Positions 1 to 12,030 of a stretch of DNA of 64,000 bases are shown one piece after another. The notes beneath the pieces are model-generated. The model was given only the letters and a program-made list of their open reading frames with translations, searched no databases and had not been told where the DNA came from. The position numbers and the translations under genes are program-made. This DNA is from Eledone cirrhosa (taxonomy: Eukaryota): NCBI GenBank assembly GCA_964016885.1, contig OZ024747.1, forward strand, positions 88,102,001-88,166,000, written 5' to 3'. Numbering within the stretch: the first letter of the stretch is position 1; each line of letters opens with the position of its first letter.

Positions 1-52
1 GAAAGAAAGCAATTACTAATGTAAAGCTATTTACTTTATTTTTTATATAAAA

Positions 53-368
53 CTAGAATTTTTTTAAACACGCTGGCGTGTGTGTGTATATATGTGTGCG
101 CATGTGCATATGCACACATATGTATAAGTATATAAATATAAATGTGAAAACACACACACTTAGAGACATACATCCACACAAACACACATACAATCACACA
201 CACACATTCATTTACACAAACACACATACACAGCGTAGCAAATGCAACACCAGCTGCTGTTTTGCTATAGGTTTTCACCATCCCCTTCCTTCTACACACA
301 CACACACATACATTCACATAAACACACACACATATTGTTGACGGAAGTTGCTTAAATTTATATATAGA
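53..368 (-). mobile_element. Non-autonomous Helitron, complete copy
   Basis: On the minus strand it begins TC (368-367) and ends CTAG (56-53), inserted between A and T. Hairpin ACACGC-TG-GCGTGT at 68-81 lies 11 nt from the CTAG. CA-rich body; three more copies in the window. Confidence 0.85.
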
Positions 369-404
369 TTACCCTAAAAGAAAGACAGGCTCTTCCATGT
401 ACAC

Positions 405-636
405 TTAATCCTTTTCTTACCATATTTTTAATGAAATACACTACTTATAAATTTTTAATAATTTTCTAAATAATGGAGTGATTTAGTAATGTAACTAACT
501 TTCTCATTATTGAGCTAGTTTTATGAGCATAACTTAAGAGAGTGTTATATGATGATGATGATAAACACTTTAAAATAAACAGTGTTGTATCATAGAACCA
601 GTGACAGTTGCAGGGAGTTTGGTATAAAAAGGGTTA
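405..636. mobile_element. Old TTAA/CCCTTT-ended MITE family (family 2), diverged
   Basis: Ends TTAATCCTTTT...AAAAGGGTTAT. Related internal sequence (TCTCATTATTAAGCTGGTGTTTGGAGCATAACTTAAG-like) recurs near 20437-20885, 32660-32890, 38990-39484, 44548-44760, 46397-46660 and 62690-62925. Confidence 0.6.
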
Positions 637-690
637 TGTTTAACTTATACCTTTCAATTTTACAGAACAAAACTCTACATTAGTTAATAG

Positions 691-843
691 TGATTTCTAC
701 TATAGGCACAAGGCCAGCAATTTGTGGGAGGGGAAAGTCAATTAATCGACCCCAGTGCATCACTAGTGCTTTATTTTATCGACCCCGTAAGGATGAAAGG
801 CAAAGCATGGTGTCCAACACTCTACCAATACTGCCAATCCACA
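691..843 (-). mobile_element. tRNA-derived SINE family A, internally deleted
   Basis: Matches other copies (GGCACAAGGCCAGCAA...ATCGACCCCGTAAGGATGAAAGGCAAAG) but lacks the B-box segment. Confidence 0.8.
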
Positions 844-857
844 CTGTTAGTTAATAG

Positions 858-1044
858 TTGTTTCTACTTTTGGCACAAGGCCAGCAATTACCCAGTGCAT
901 TACTGGTACTTTATTTTATCGACCTCGTAAGGATGAAAGGCAAAGTTAACCTCGGCGGGATTTGAACTCAGAATGGCAAGGGCCGTAACTCTATGCGTCA
1001 AAGTATGGCGTCCGACCCTCTACCGGTACTGCCAATCCACCGCC
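858..1044 (-). mobile_element. tRNA-derived SINE family A
   Basis: Minus strand: GGCGGTGGATTGGCAGTA head, GAGTTCAAATCCC B-box, GCCTTTCATCC...GGTCGATAAAATAAAGTACCAG body; more than 10 copies in the window. Confidence 0.9.
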
Positions 1045-3036
1045 CTACCTTATGTTAGTTAATAATAATGTGAAATTGTTATACTCTTTCATTTTCAAAT
1101 AAGTTTAGATGCCAGACAAAGAATTAGCAGAATTGTTGCACCATTGAATGAAATTCCTTGTGTTATTAATTGATACTCTGAATTTAAATCCCATTGAGAG
1201 TCAACTTTGCTTGTCATCTTTCTGGGTGATCCATAAATAACGTACTGGTCTATGGTGGTGGGCTGGCAGAGCTGCATTCTCTGTGGCCTACTTGGGTAGT
1301 AAACTTAATCTATCCGTGAGTTTACCATTACCACTTGATACTATGTGCCTACACTATTGCTAGTATTTATTGAGTCTCTATTTTGAGGATATTTTCCTTC
1401 CTTCTCAGGTCATGAAAAAGGACATAGACATTGTTATTCTCTTGCTGACTAAGTAATAACATATCTTTATATATATAAACAATGTTTCAAAGGCCGAGAT
1501 GGAGTGCGAATGCATTAGAATCCATAGAATAATGAGAAAAATTCAGTGCAAAAAAGCTTTTAAAACAGCAAAATGCCGTTAGTGACAGTATTGGGTAAAA
1601 TTACCTCAAAGGGCAGAAATCACTTTTGTTGCCCCATGGCTTTTGTTATTCTTTTTAAATACAAATAGGTCGAAGACTAACCTGGACCGTCTCGAGTAGA
1701 TAGGAATATGTAGAAATCGATAAAATCCTTTAATAGGTTTCTGGGACTCGGGAAGCTGCACAAGTTGCATAATGGATATGCAAGTCATAAATGCATTTCC
1801 GTGATGGAATGGGAGCTTCTATCATTGGCAGCTTTCGTTTTGTAATATTCGTGTTTCTGAATGGAGACATTTAGTAAAGTTGCCTGTGTTATCACGTGAC
1901 TTTTCTCAAAAGAGGAAGGTCAAGTTGGCTGAACTGTTGGTGGGTAAATTCAGGGTGTGTACTAAGATATTTTCACAGCCTCACATATGAATACATCTAG
2001 TGTGTGTGTGTGTGTGTGTGTGTGTTAGATGTATTTATAACAAATAATTGATGATTAATTATGTTAATTTTTATATCTTCACAGAAGATAGGAATAATTA
2101 TGGAAGAAATTGCCATATAATGGCAATTATATATAATAAACAGCTTATCACTATTAAAAACTAGTAGATGACTAAATATGTTAGGCAAATTTGTTTCCCT
2201 AGAGGGTAATGAGATGCACTGAAAAGCCGTTTACATTGAGAGAGGAGTTGATGTAATTGTTACAGAATAGATGTTACAATAAAATACACTACCATGCTTG
2301 AAAGGAGTGTATGAACAACCATTCTAACCTATGGAAGCATGAAATAAATATAAAATGAACACACACACACACATACATACATACATATAGATACATATAG
2401 TTACATACATACATACATACATACATATAGTTACATAATAAAATATTTTGATTTAAAAAAAAATTTTAATTTGAATATTGAGAAGTAGCAGTATTGATTA
2501 ATGTGAAACTATTCTAGAGCTTAATGGAAAGGTTTATTAGTGTACTCAGTTATATAAAGATTGATTATAGTTTTTTTTTCTGTTGGTTGATTTAATGCAT
2601 TGCAAGTCATAGCAGTAGCTTCATGGCTTTTAGTTTTGAGCTCAATTTCTAACAAAATAAACCAATTTTGAATTCCATCTGAAATCAATAAAGGGCTATA
2701 GTTGGATGTGTCTACATAGACCAGGTCAGTACTGAAGCAGTGCTACTGATCTTCCAGACAAGTCAAGGATCTGTTGTCTTGCTTATGTATGGTCGTACAC
2801 AGGGGTAGTTGCCATGTCTTTGACACAACTGAGGGGCTCCCAATGCTCAACCACTTGCACATTGATTTACAAGCAGGCTGTTCTGTTGATCAAACAATTG
2901 GAACACTCACTGTCAAAACAACAGAGCTCCATTCCATTCTGATCAGTTTAATACTACATAAAATATTAGTAACAACGGCACCTAATAGATCCTTGTGATT
3001 CAGAAAAGGATTAGTAACTATTACTAGAGTGGCTTG

Positions 3037-3243
3037 GCGGATTGGCAGTATAGATAGTGTATCCGACACCATGCTTCGCAGCATAGAGTTACGGCCCTTT
3101 AGGGTCTGAGTTCAAATCCCACTAAGGTTGGCTTTGCCTTTCATCCTTACACAGTTGATAAAGTACCAGTTACATACTGGAGTTGATTTAATCGACTTTA
3201 CCCACCCCTTCAAATTGCTGGCCTTGTCCCTAAATCAGAAACC
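3037..3243 (+). mobile_element. SINE family A with 20-bp target-site duplication
   Basis: ACTATTACTAGAGTGGCTTG at both 3017-3036 and 3244-3263; A/B-box-like head. Confidence 0.9.
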
Positions 3244-3871
3244 ACTATTACTAGAGTGGCTTGATGGCTGAATCAGTAGAGTATCGAACAAAATAGTTTT
3301 TTTTTTACATTCTGAGTTCAAATCCTGAATAAGTCTTCTTATCCTTCCATCCCTCAAAATGCAATAAAATGAGTGCTGGGATTACAATACTCTAGAAGAC
3401 TACTCCAGCAAGGCCACACTTCAATAGTTGATCGAGTAAAAGACTATTTGATAAAAAAACAAAATGTACTCCAGTTTTAACCTCATAACAGGAAAGGATG
3501 AAACTAAATATAGCTACCGTATATACTCGCATATAAGTCGCACTTTTTTAACGATAAATAAGTATACATTTTTGGGGTGCGACCTATCCGATCGACATCA
3601 GACTGACCTATGATTTTTCATAGACTTAATCAACGATAGGTATTTATAAAAATAACTTTGTTAATATTTTTTATTATTTAACATAATAATTTCATATATC
3701 TACCTTCTTATACATATATTTCTTGATTTTAAATTTTTTACTAAAACTTCGTAGTGTTTACGTTTTTTTTTCTATCTGACCTAACCATCTGTCATTAAAA
3801 TCCATAGAAATGCATACCCGGTATTTAAAATGTGATTTCATTGTCTTAGCGTTGCTATGAACACATATTGT

Positions 3872-4049
3872 TTCTACTTTAGGCACAAGGCCAGCAATCA
3901 CCCAGTGCATTACTGGTACTTTATTTTATCGACCCCGTAAGGATAAAAGGCAAAGTCAACCTCGGCGGGATTTGAACTCAGATCGTAAAGGGACGTAACT
4001 ATGCTGGAAAGCATGGCGTCCAACCCTCTACCAATACTGCCAATCCACC
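3872..4049 (-). mobile_element. SINE family A nested in the pogo element
   Basis: 18-bp TSD GCTATGAACACATATTGT at 3854-3871 and 4050-4067. Confidence 0.92.
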
Positions 4050-4177
4050 GCTATGAACACATATTGTGATGTATTTACTTTAACAGGAAACAGATTATTG
4101 CATGTGGCGTTTCTTTTCAAAATTAGCAAGTGAGAAAAGTTGATAGTTGAAATTTTTTTTATAATTCACTGAGAAAT

Positions 4178-4587
4178 ATGAATTCCGGTAAGAAAAAAGT
4201 TATCAAACAGTTTTCACGTTAAAGGTGGTTGGTTATGCAGAAGAATTTGGAAATAGATCAGCAGAAAGGGAGTTTGGAGTGTCAGAAAAGGTGGTGAGAG
4301 GTTGGAGGAAACAAAAAGACAAGCTGGGAGAAATGCCTAAATCAAAGAGAGTAGCAAGGTTTGGAGTATCACCATATCAAGATCTTGAAAAAGAGCTAAA
4401 TGATTGGGTTTTAGATATCAGGAAAAATGGACACATTGTTACAAGACTTTCTATAAGAACGAAAGCCCTTCAACTTGCACCAAAGTACTACTTATTCCAA
4501 TTTAAATCGTCAGCAGGGTGGTGCACCAGGTTTATGAATAGGTTTGGACTGACTCTTTGCCAAAAGACACGGTGTAAATTTACGTAA
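4178..4587 (+). pseudogene. pogo-like transposase N-terminus (Brinker-type HTH plus CENP-B HTH); DDE domain missing
   Basis: ORF 4225-4587 reads GNRSAEREFGVSEKVVRGWRK...LEKELNDWV...FKSSAGWCTRFMNRFGL. The ATG at 4178 is reached through a frameshift in an A run. Confidence 0.85.
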
Positions 4588-4613
4588 CAGAATGTTCTCA
4601 ATATATAAGTTAA

Positions 4614-4846
4614 TTAACAGGTGTGAACATGTATTGGTGTTGTATCTTTCAACCACGTCGCTGTAATATTTTCGATGGTGTCCGTCAGATCTTCGCTTTC
4701 ACTTTCAAAGTAACTATCATCGTCAGAAATAAATACGTCTGATTCATTTGAAGATAAATCACTAATATTACCTTGTTTCTTTTTCATTTCGAATATCATC
4801 GCATGTAAAACCTTCAAAGTCGGTATTCGCTACTTTGGGAAGCCAT
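4614..4846 (-). pseudogene. Acidic N-terminal ORF relic, piggyBac-transposase-like, convergent to the pogo ORF
   Basis: CAACATGG start at 4846. With two frameshifts it reads MASQSS-TDFEGFTCDDIRNEK-KQGNISDLSSNESDVFISDDDSYFESESEDL...TWLKDTTPIHVH. Confidence 0.45.
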
Positions 4847-5939
4847 GTTGATATGCAAAAAATCTGTTATACTTTCAACGTTAAAAAACACGTGTTATTT
4901 CAAGTTGTTTCATTATATTAAGAGTTAATTTTCGCGCTTAAAGGCTTTATCTCGCAGTAATCTCGAATTGATGAGATTTCGATGACGTTAATGTTTATTT
5001 TATAAATAAATCATGGTTTGGAGTATATATCGCAACGGTGAAGTAATGGAAAGCTAACAGATTATTAGTTTCAATTATCATAAAAAATAGTAGTTTGACG
5101 GCCCAAATTTCAGTGCGACCTATCTGCGAGTCAATGGCAAATAGCCTATTTGTTAAATGAAAAGTAGGTATGCGACCTATCTGCCGGGGCGACCTATACG
5201 CGAGTATATACGGTCAGTATTTTTGTCTGACAGCTTACAGCCATTAATTTTTAAAAATATGAAAGTATATTTTGATTATTTTTTTTAGAAAGATTTGCTT
5301 GCTACTATTTTCAGTAGGTGAGGTTTCAATTTGACACATTGAAATACTTTACATCAATCAGCATATAATTCTCTAAAAATATTAAAAATTTTATTTAGAT
5401 AAGATTGCAGTATAATCAGACTTAGAACTATGTATGATAAAACACCCAGTCTTGTGTTTTTACTACTTACTCCCTCTACAAAATACATAAATAAAATACA
5501 TTATCACTTTAATATTGTTTAAAAATATAGTTATCTTTTCATTCTTATTTTTAGCAGAGTATATTTAATATATTCTTAAAGTGTTTATTAAAAACCTGTC
5601 AAGTGATGTTCCAAGCACCAACTTAACAATGAGTTAGATATTTTATTGAATTCTTACATACTTTTGATTATTTAAATAAATAATTAAAACTAGCCAAGCA
5701 GTTTGTTGTAACTGGGCAGTTTTCACCATAGAATACCTTTTTTTTCCAATTTTTAAAAATTCTATGTCAGACCATGTCTCCCCTTTCCTCATCTGCTGCT
5801 ACTTATTGAGGTGAAGATTTCACCTAAACGGATTTTATTTTGCTTATCTGATGGGTTGGGTAGGAAGAACATGGCAAAAATAAAGCTAATTAAGAAAAAA
5901 AACAAAAACAAATAAAGTAAAGCTGATTTATTCGGAGTG

Positions 5940-6395
5940 CAAATATTCAGATAAATACATGACAGGAATTCTTTACTTTCTTCTTTGTTCAGTAAGGTCT
6001 TCTTCAATGTATCGATAGATCTTCTTCAAAACTCCTGGAGTTCTTTGTAACAGCTCTTGTTTTAACAATTTCACTGTCACATTTTTGGAGGCCAATATAA
6101 CCCTAGCCACTTGTGACTTGTGAACAGATCCTCAACATTAGGGGACACTTTTTCTATGAGATTAGGTATAGATTCTAGCCATCATAGCTATGGGACTTCT
6201 ACCAATAGCTCCCTTGCTATCTACAGAAAATCTTATGTCCCCCAAGCATTAAGAGATTTTGTGCCTGCCTGTTCATCTCCACCAAGGTATGCCCTTATGT
6301 TTGTAGAGAGCTTGAAAACTTTGATTGAACTACAAAGTGACGGATTTTTCAAACAAGCTCGGATTTCATCAATTGTAGTAGTGTGTCATTGCCGG
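5940..6395 (-). pseudogene. Helitron RepHel PIF1-helicase fragment, degraded
   Basis: Minus-strand translation gives TIDEIRACLKNPSLCSSIKVFKLSTNIRAYLGGDEQAG, then LIEKVSPNV...SHKWL, VILASKNVTV and RSIDT, matching the order of the Helitron helicase motifs ACLKxS, LxxNMR, ILAPKN and SIDT. Confidence 0.8.
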
Positions 6396-6524
6396 GTTAT
6401 TTTCACCATACAATGCCTTTCAATTTTATTATTCCATGTAGACCATGTCTCTTCTGTGCCTCACCTCCTGTTACTTACTCCCCATGGCCTGTTCCCATGA
6501 ATGTCCATCAAACCCAGAGTGGTT

Positions 6525-6778
6525 TCTATGGAAAGTGGACTGGAGCAAATGAAATAAAGTGTCTTGCTCAAGGACACACTGCACTGCCAGGAATCGAACT
6601 CACAACCCTAACAACTAAGGAACAATGTGACATAGAGCCCTACACACATCAACAATATGAAATCAAAAGACAGACAGTAGAAAATAGTGTTTCAACTGAC
6701 AATGAAAACAACGCGCTGCCAAGAATTGAATTCACTACCTTACAATTGTGAGTTGAATACCCTAACCACTAAGCCAGG
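6525..6778 (-). mobile_element. tRNA-derived SINE family B head, with partial internal duplication
   Basis: GGCTTAGTGGTTAGGGTA head, GAGTTCGATTCC B-box and a CORE-like GTCCTTGAGCAAGACACTTTA; the B-box region is present twice. Confidence 0.7.
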
Positions 6779-7166
6779 CTACAAAGAAAAATCATACGCC
6801 CATTAACAATTCGAAATTGAAAGACAGACAGAGAAAAAGAGCATTTCAATGGATGGTGAAAAAAACCCATTCATTAATCTGATTGGCTATCTGTCACCTT
6901 TTCATTTCGTGCATTAATGGATATTTTTGTTGATAAAAATGATGGCAGCTTCTATGACATTCAATTTTAGAGATCTTGAAGTTGAGTTATTTCTCTTAGC
7001 AAATTATATTTTTTGATTACTAATAACCTAAAACATTCCTCCTGGGATGCAGATGACGAAAATTAAATCTGTTTTTCTTTAGGCCCATTCTCAAATATAT
7101 AGTGGATGTAGAAATATGGTTACAAAAGGGTTAAAAGATCTAAGAAATTCACTTATTTTTCTAATA

Positions 7167-7648
<482 letters not shown>

Positions 7649-7939
7649 TTTCTAATATGTTATTGTTTCTTAACTGTAAGGGGAAATATGATTTCACATC
7701 TAGTATGGGGTTATTATCTGTTTTGGGAGGGCCAACATTTCACATCTGGCTTGAACCTATAATCAACTTGGCATGGGTTTCATGTATCCTGTATTGTTTG
7801 TACTGTAACAGCAGTAATTTAATAGGATCATCTAACCCTTATGTAATGAATCAACAGACCAAGCTTAATTCATTCTTAATTAGCAAAGAAACGTTTTACA
7901 ACCTAAGATAATATTCTAAAAATAGAAAGTATGGTTTAA

Positions 7940-8157
7940 CCCTTTAGCATTTAAACCGGCTGTATCCGGTCAGAATTCTCTCACCTCTTTCTATTCAAAC
8001 TGACTGTAACAGGTCACCCATACTGATGTTAAGGTATCATTCTCAGAATAAATATCAAAATCTTGTAGATTCAATATCATGTGAAATAATTATGTAAGAC
8101 AAAGCCTTTACTACAAAAATACAATAGTATATATAGAGTAATGTAAATGCTAAAGGG
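7940..8157 (+). mobile_element. piggyBac-like MITE family 1 (about 220 bp)
   Basis: TTAA at 7936-7939 and 8158-8161; TIR CCCTTTAGCATTTA; nine copies in the window. Confidence 0.9.
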
Positions 8158-8532
8158 TTAATGATTAAATTTCAAGTTATTTTGCCATTATCTGATCAGG
8201 TCTGAGTCACAAATTTCGTGTTTCATACTTTGAATATTATATTAACCCTTTAGCTAAATTTCTCTTTTTCTTAGTGAATATTATATTGAAAAATCATATT
8301 TCCTGTGGATGTTGTTTCTATTATGTTTATCAATCGTTTTCATAGTGACACAATACATTATTAAGCTGTCATTCATTTTGTAAGTAATTTCTTTCTTGTA
8401 TGAATGTTAAAGGCATCGGGTTATGCTCTCTATTGACTTTTTCAGTCAGGTGATGGATCAAATCATTTTCATTAAAAAGAAGGATTTATTATTATTCATT
8501 ATGTGATATTTATTCTACTCAAATAATAATAA

Positions 8533-8746
8533 TGGTTTCTGATTTAGGCACAAGGCCAGCAATATGGGGGAGAGGAAAGTTGATTAAATCAACACTAGTG
8601 TGTGACTGGTACTTTATTTTATCGACCCCATAAGGATGAAAGGAAAAGCTAACCTCAGCGGGATTTGAACTCAGAACGTAAAGAACCGTAACTCTATGCT
8701 TCTATGCATGCTGTCTGACACTCTACTGATTCAGCCAATCCACGGC
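8533..8746 (-). mobile_element. SINE family A (long variant)
   Basis: Full head and body, includes the GGAAAGTTGATTAAATC segment, (AAT)n tail. Confidence 0.85.
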
Positions 8747-9989
8747 ACTTTTGCACTGAAATAATAAGACATATTCTTGAATTCTTTTGTTTAATAAGAT
8801 TTTGGAAGAATCTAATTTCTTTTCATATCAGTCTATAGTTGTTTGAATGGTTATATTACTAGTCTTTTCCCAGAAATTTTGTTAGTTTTCAGAAGTTAGG
8901 AATTAAAAACGCAGCAACCAGCAATTTTAAGGCCCCTTTTCACAAGAGCAAGAATCAGCATTGCGGGCCTCATAAAAAGCTTCACATTTATTATGGGATC
9001 CTTTTTAAAATATTATTTATAGCTGGATGCCCTTCCTGGTGTGAATCCTTTTAGTTTTTGCTTACAACATGCAGGGATATAGTGTTATAGATAAAATTAC
9101 CATTTAACATCTCTTTTTCATGCTTTCCTGGGTTAGATGGGTTGTCATGTTCTCAGGTTAGACAGGTCTGGTGGCCATGTCTTGCTCATATTATCTGTTT
9201 TTGGCTTAGTTTTCTATGGCTGGATGCTCTTCCTAATGTCAATACAATACATTTTAGTTAAGCTTTATACAAAAGTTGTCAGTGTCCATATCATTTGGTT
9301 TATTTTATTTCAATACGCCCTCCCTCTCCCACAAATGCTGTGCTGTGCTGTTCAAAATGCTAGTATTGATATTAGATCACCATTCTAGTTTCTATATTTC
9401 AAGTTTTCTACTGAATGAAATATCTCGTGTTGTGATGATGATGGTAAATAAAGTTATATGCAAATATGATTTTTGAAAAGTTATACAATTTCAATTAGTA
9501 ATTTCTAAAAAATTTAACAAACCTATTGATTTTATTGATCACCTTTAAAAAATGCTTGTCAGCAAAATAATTTGATTTAAATTTGCATAAATCTCTTGAA
9601 TAACAAATACTATTTCTGAAAGTTTTCTCACTGGTAATGTTATAAAGAAATTCTTTTCCCTAATCTTGTAGAAATATGTGATAAGTTGGTGCAGCACGTC
9701 AAATGAAACATTTCAGAGTCAATATGAAATATTTAGATAAGTGTAGAAGATAGAGAAAAAAAGAAGCTAGTGATACTTCAAACATTGACATTTCTGCTTC
9801 AGAAAGTACTCATGGTTTAGATTTCAATAACTGACTTTCTGATAGCTTTTATAAAGAAAGAGATACACTGTTTTTTGTTTTGTCTTGTTGATATATTTCA
9901 TTTATTTATTTATGTCTGTCTGTATGTATTTGTTAGTCTGAAAAGGAGGGACAATAGTGCTTATTGTCTTTAGTTTTTAATAAATTAAC

Positions 9990-10440
9990 ATAGTCAGCAT
10001 GTTTTTAAAAGCAGTAGAAGATATGTTGCCGCCATTAGGTGACACAGCTCAAATGGTATGGAGTATTGAGGAGAGGGCATGTCTATCAGGTAAAATATGA
10101 ATGCCTGTGTTTGTGTGAGTAATACTTTTAATGTATTAGTTGTCTGAACCTGAAGTAGTTTTATGACCCTGTAGATGTTAGCATCTCTTTGTGATACAGT
10201 TTTTGTTTTGAAAACTATCTGAAGTATCAATGGGTTGAGAGAGAGAGCAGTGGAGGGAGTATAGAGTTAGGCTTAGAATTTGTTGCATTTATGGTTGTTT
10301 GAGTAATATTTTAAGAGATGCTACTTATGGATTTCTTTCCTGAGGTCCCAATTTTTTTGGTGGGAGGGAAGGTGTATTTCAGGAAATTAAATTGCCTGTC
10401 TTAGTTTGTCCATGTATGACAAGAGGTGTTAAACTCATGT
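9990..10440 (-). pseudogene. Possible highly degraded non-LTR reverse transcriptase fragment
   Basis: ORF 9994-10230 (...NTLKVLLTQTQAFIFYLIDMPSPQY) loosely resembles the LLxxYKAxIRxxLDYxxPxY RT-thumb motif. Confidence 0.25.
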
Positions 10441-10464
10441 GTGTAAATTGATTGGAGGTATGTA

Positions 10465-10792
10465 ACTAACTGGCACTCTATCAGTTACGATGACGAGTGT
10501 TCCAGTTGATATGATCAATGGAACAGCCTGCTCATGAAATTATTGTGCAAGTGACTGAGCATTCTACAGATACACGTACCTTTACTTAGTTCCCAGGGAG
10601 ATTCAGCATGACACAGAATGTGACAAGGCTGGCTCTCCGAATTAAAGATACAACTTACTTTTGCCAGCTGAGTGGACTGGAGCAACTTGAAGTAAAGCAT
10701 TTTGTTCAAGGACACAATGTGCCACCGGGCAACAAACTCATGACCTTACGATTGTGAGTCGAATACCTTAACCACAATGTCATGCGCCTTCA
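10465..10792 (-). mobile_element. SINE family B, variant with a different 3' tail
   Basis: tRNA-like head plus GTCCTTGAACAAAATGCTTTACTTC. Its tail (10470-10563) is shared, inverted, with 2842-2935. Confidence 0.75.
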
Positions 10793-11266
10793 TTTGAGGC
10801 ATGTAGAATGATACCATTGACGATGGATTAAAAAAATCATAGATGAAGTGGTGTGAGATGTTTATGTTTATAAAATAGAGAAGAAACTGGGAGAGAGACT
10901 TATGTCAATGCAAACTGTGAAAACTTCCAATTAATTAACCCCTTACATATCAAATGCTTGAACCCACCACAGGCTCTTTGACACAAAACTGCTTATGTTA
11001 AAGTGTTTATATTTCTCTGAAACTTTTCCATTATAATTTTATGTAAGAATCTTTAAGTGGTTGTGTATGAGTCATAGAGAGAAGTTAACCTGCAATCCTA
11101 TTCCGTTCCTCCCAAAATGGAAAACAAGGTCATTAAATTTATGCTTATGTTACACTATTATAATTTCTATATTTGACAAGTATGTCAAAACTGAATTTTC
11201 AGATATAAACAGGAGTATTTATCCTCTACTGTTTGTAGATTTTAATTCTCTTCAATTATTTTTTTC

Positions 11267-11476
11267 TAGCATTTAAACTGGCTGTATCCAGCCAGAATTC
11301 TCTCACCTCTTTCTGTTTAAACCAGCCCTAACTAGCCACACATACTGATGTTAAGGTATTGTTCTCAAAATAAATAACATCAAAATCTCATAGCTTTGAT
11401 ATTATGAGAGATAATTATGCGTAATTTTATTGTGAAAATAGAATAGTAAATATAGAGTAATGTAAATGCTAAAGGG
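11267..11476 (+). mobile_element. MITE family 1, left end truncated
   Basis: Aligns to 7940-8157; right TIR followed by TTAA at 11477-11480. Confidence 0.85.
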
Positions 11477-11485
11477 TTAATAGCC

Positions 11486-12030
11486 CAGGCATGTTTGCAT
11501 GGTAAAAGAGTATGCTTTTTCAACCACATGTTCTTGGGTCAAGTCCAGCTGTGTGGCATCTTGGATAATTGTTTTCTACCATAGTCTTAGTTTGATTAAT
11601 ACTTTGACTAATATTTTGTGGAAACTGTGTTGAAACCTGTTGTATATCTATATGCATGTACACTGTAATGTGACCGCATAGGTGGCATAACAAAAAGCAC
11701 CCAGTCCACACTGTAAAGTGGTCGTGTAGGTGTCATGAAAAAAAGCTCCCAGCACACACTGTAAATGTGGTTGGGATTAGGTAGGGCATCCAGCTGTAGA
11801 AATCTAGCCAGAAACAGTCCTATATGAACAGGACATTGTCACCTCTCCCAAACTTCTACTATGGCTGTGTTTGTGTCCTATAACTTAGTAGTTTGACAAA
11901 AGTTGATCGATAATTAAAGTACGAGACTTGAAAAAATATGTACTGTGATCAGTATGATCAACTAAATTACCTTCAGTGTAATGTCCTATCATGGCCACAG
12001 TCTAATGACTGAAACCAATAAAAGAATAAA
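11486..12030 (+). mobile_element. tRNA-derived SINE family C (old) with a nested RTE-related segment
   Basis: CAGGCATGTTTGCATGGTAAAAG...CAACCACATGTTCTTGGGTCAAGTCC head; internal AGGGCATCCAGCTGTAGAAA block. Related copies near 18140-18315(-), 19060-19205(-), 22070-22180(-) and 49475-49850(+). Confidence 0.65.

Larger units (their letters stand above)
3517..5213 (+). mobile_element. pogo/Tigger-type DNA transposon, internally deleted
   Basis: 25-bp TIRs (CCGTATATACTCGCATATAAGTCGC vs CCGTATATACTCGCGTATAGGTCGC), TA on the left flank, subterminal GCGACCTAT repeats (about 3578, 5115, 5172, 5189). Confidence 0.9.

Noticed and set aside
36-341. Cys/Val- and His/Thr-rich ORFs (also 7206-7697, 45218-45595, 48989-49210, 56717-57326)
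   Set aside because: They are translations of CA, TA and CTGT microsatellites, mostly inside Helitron copies.
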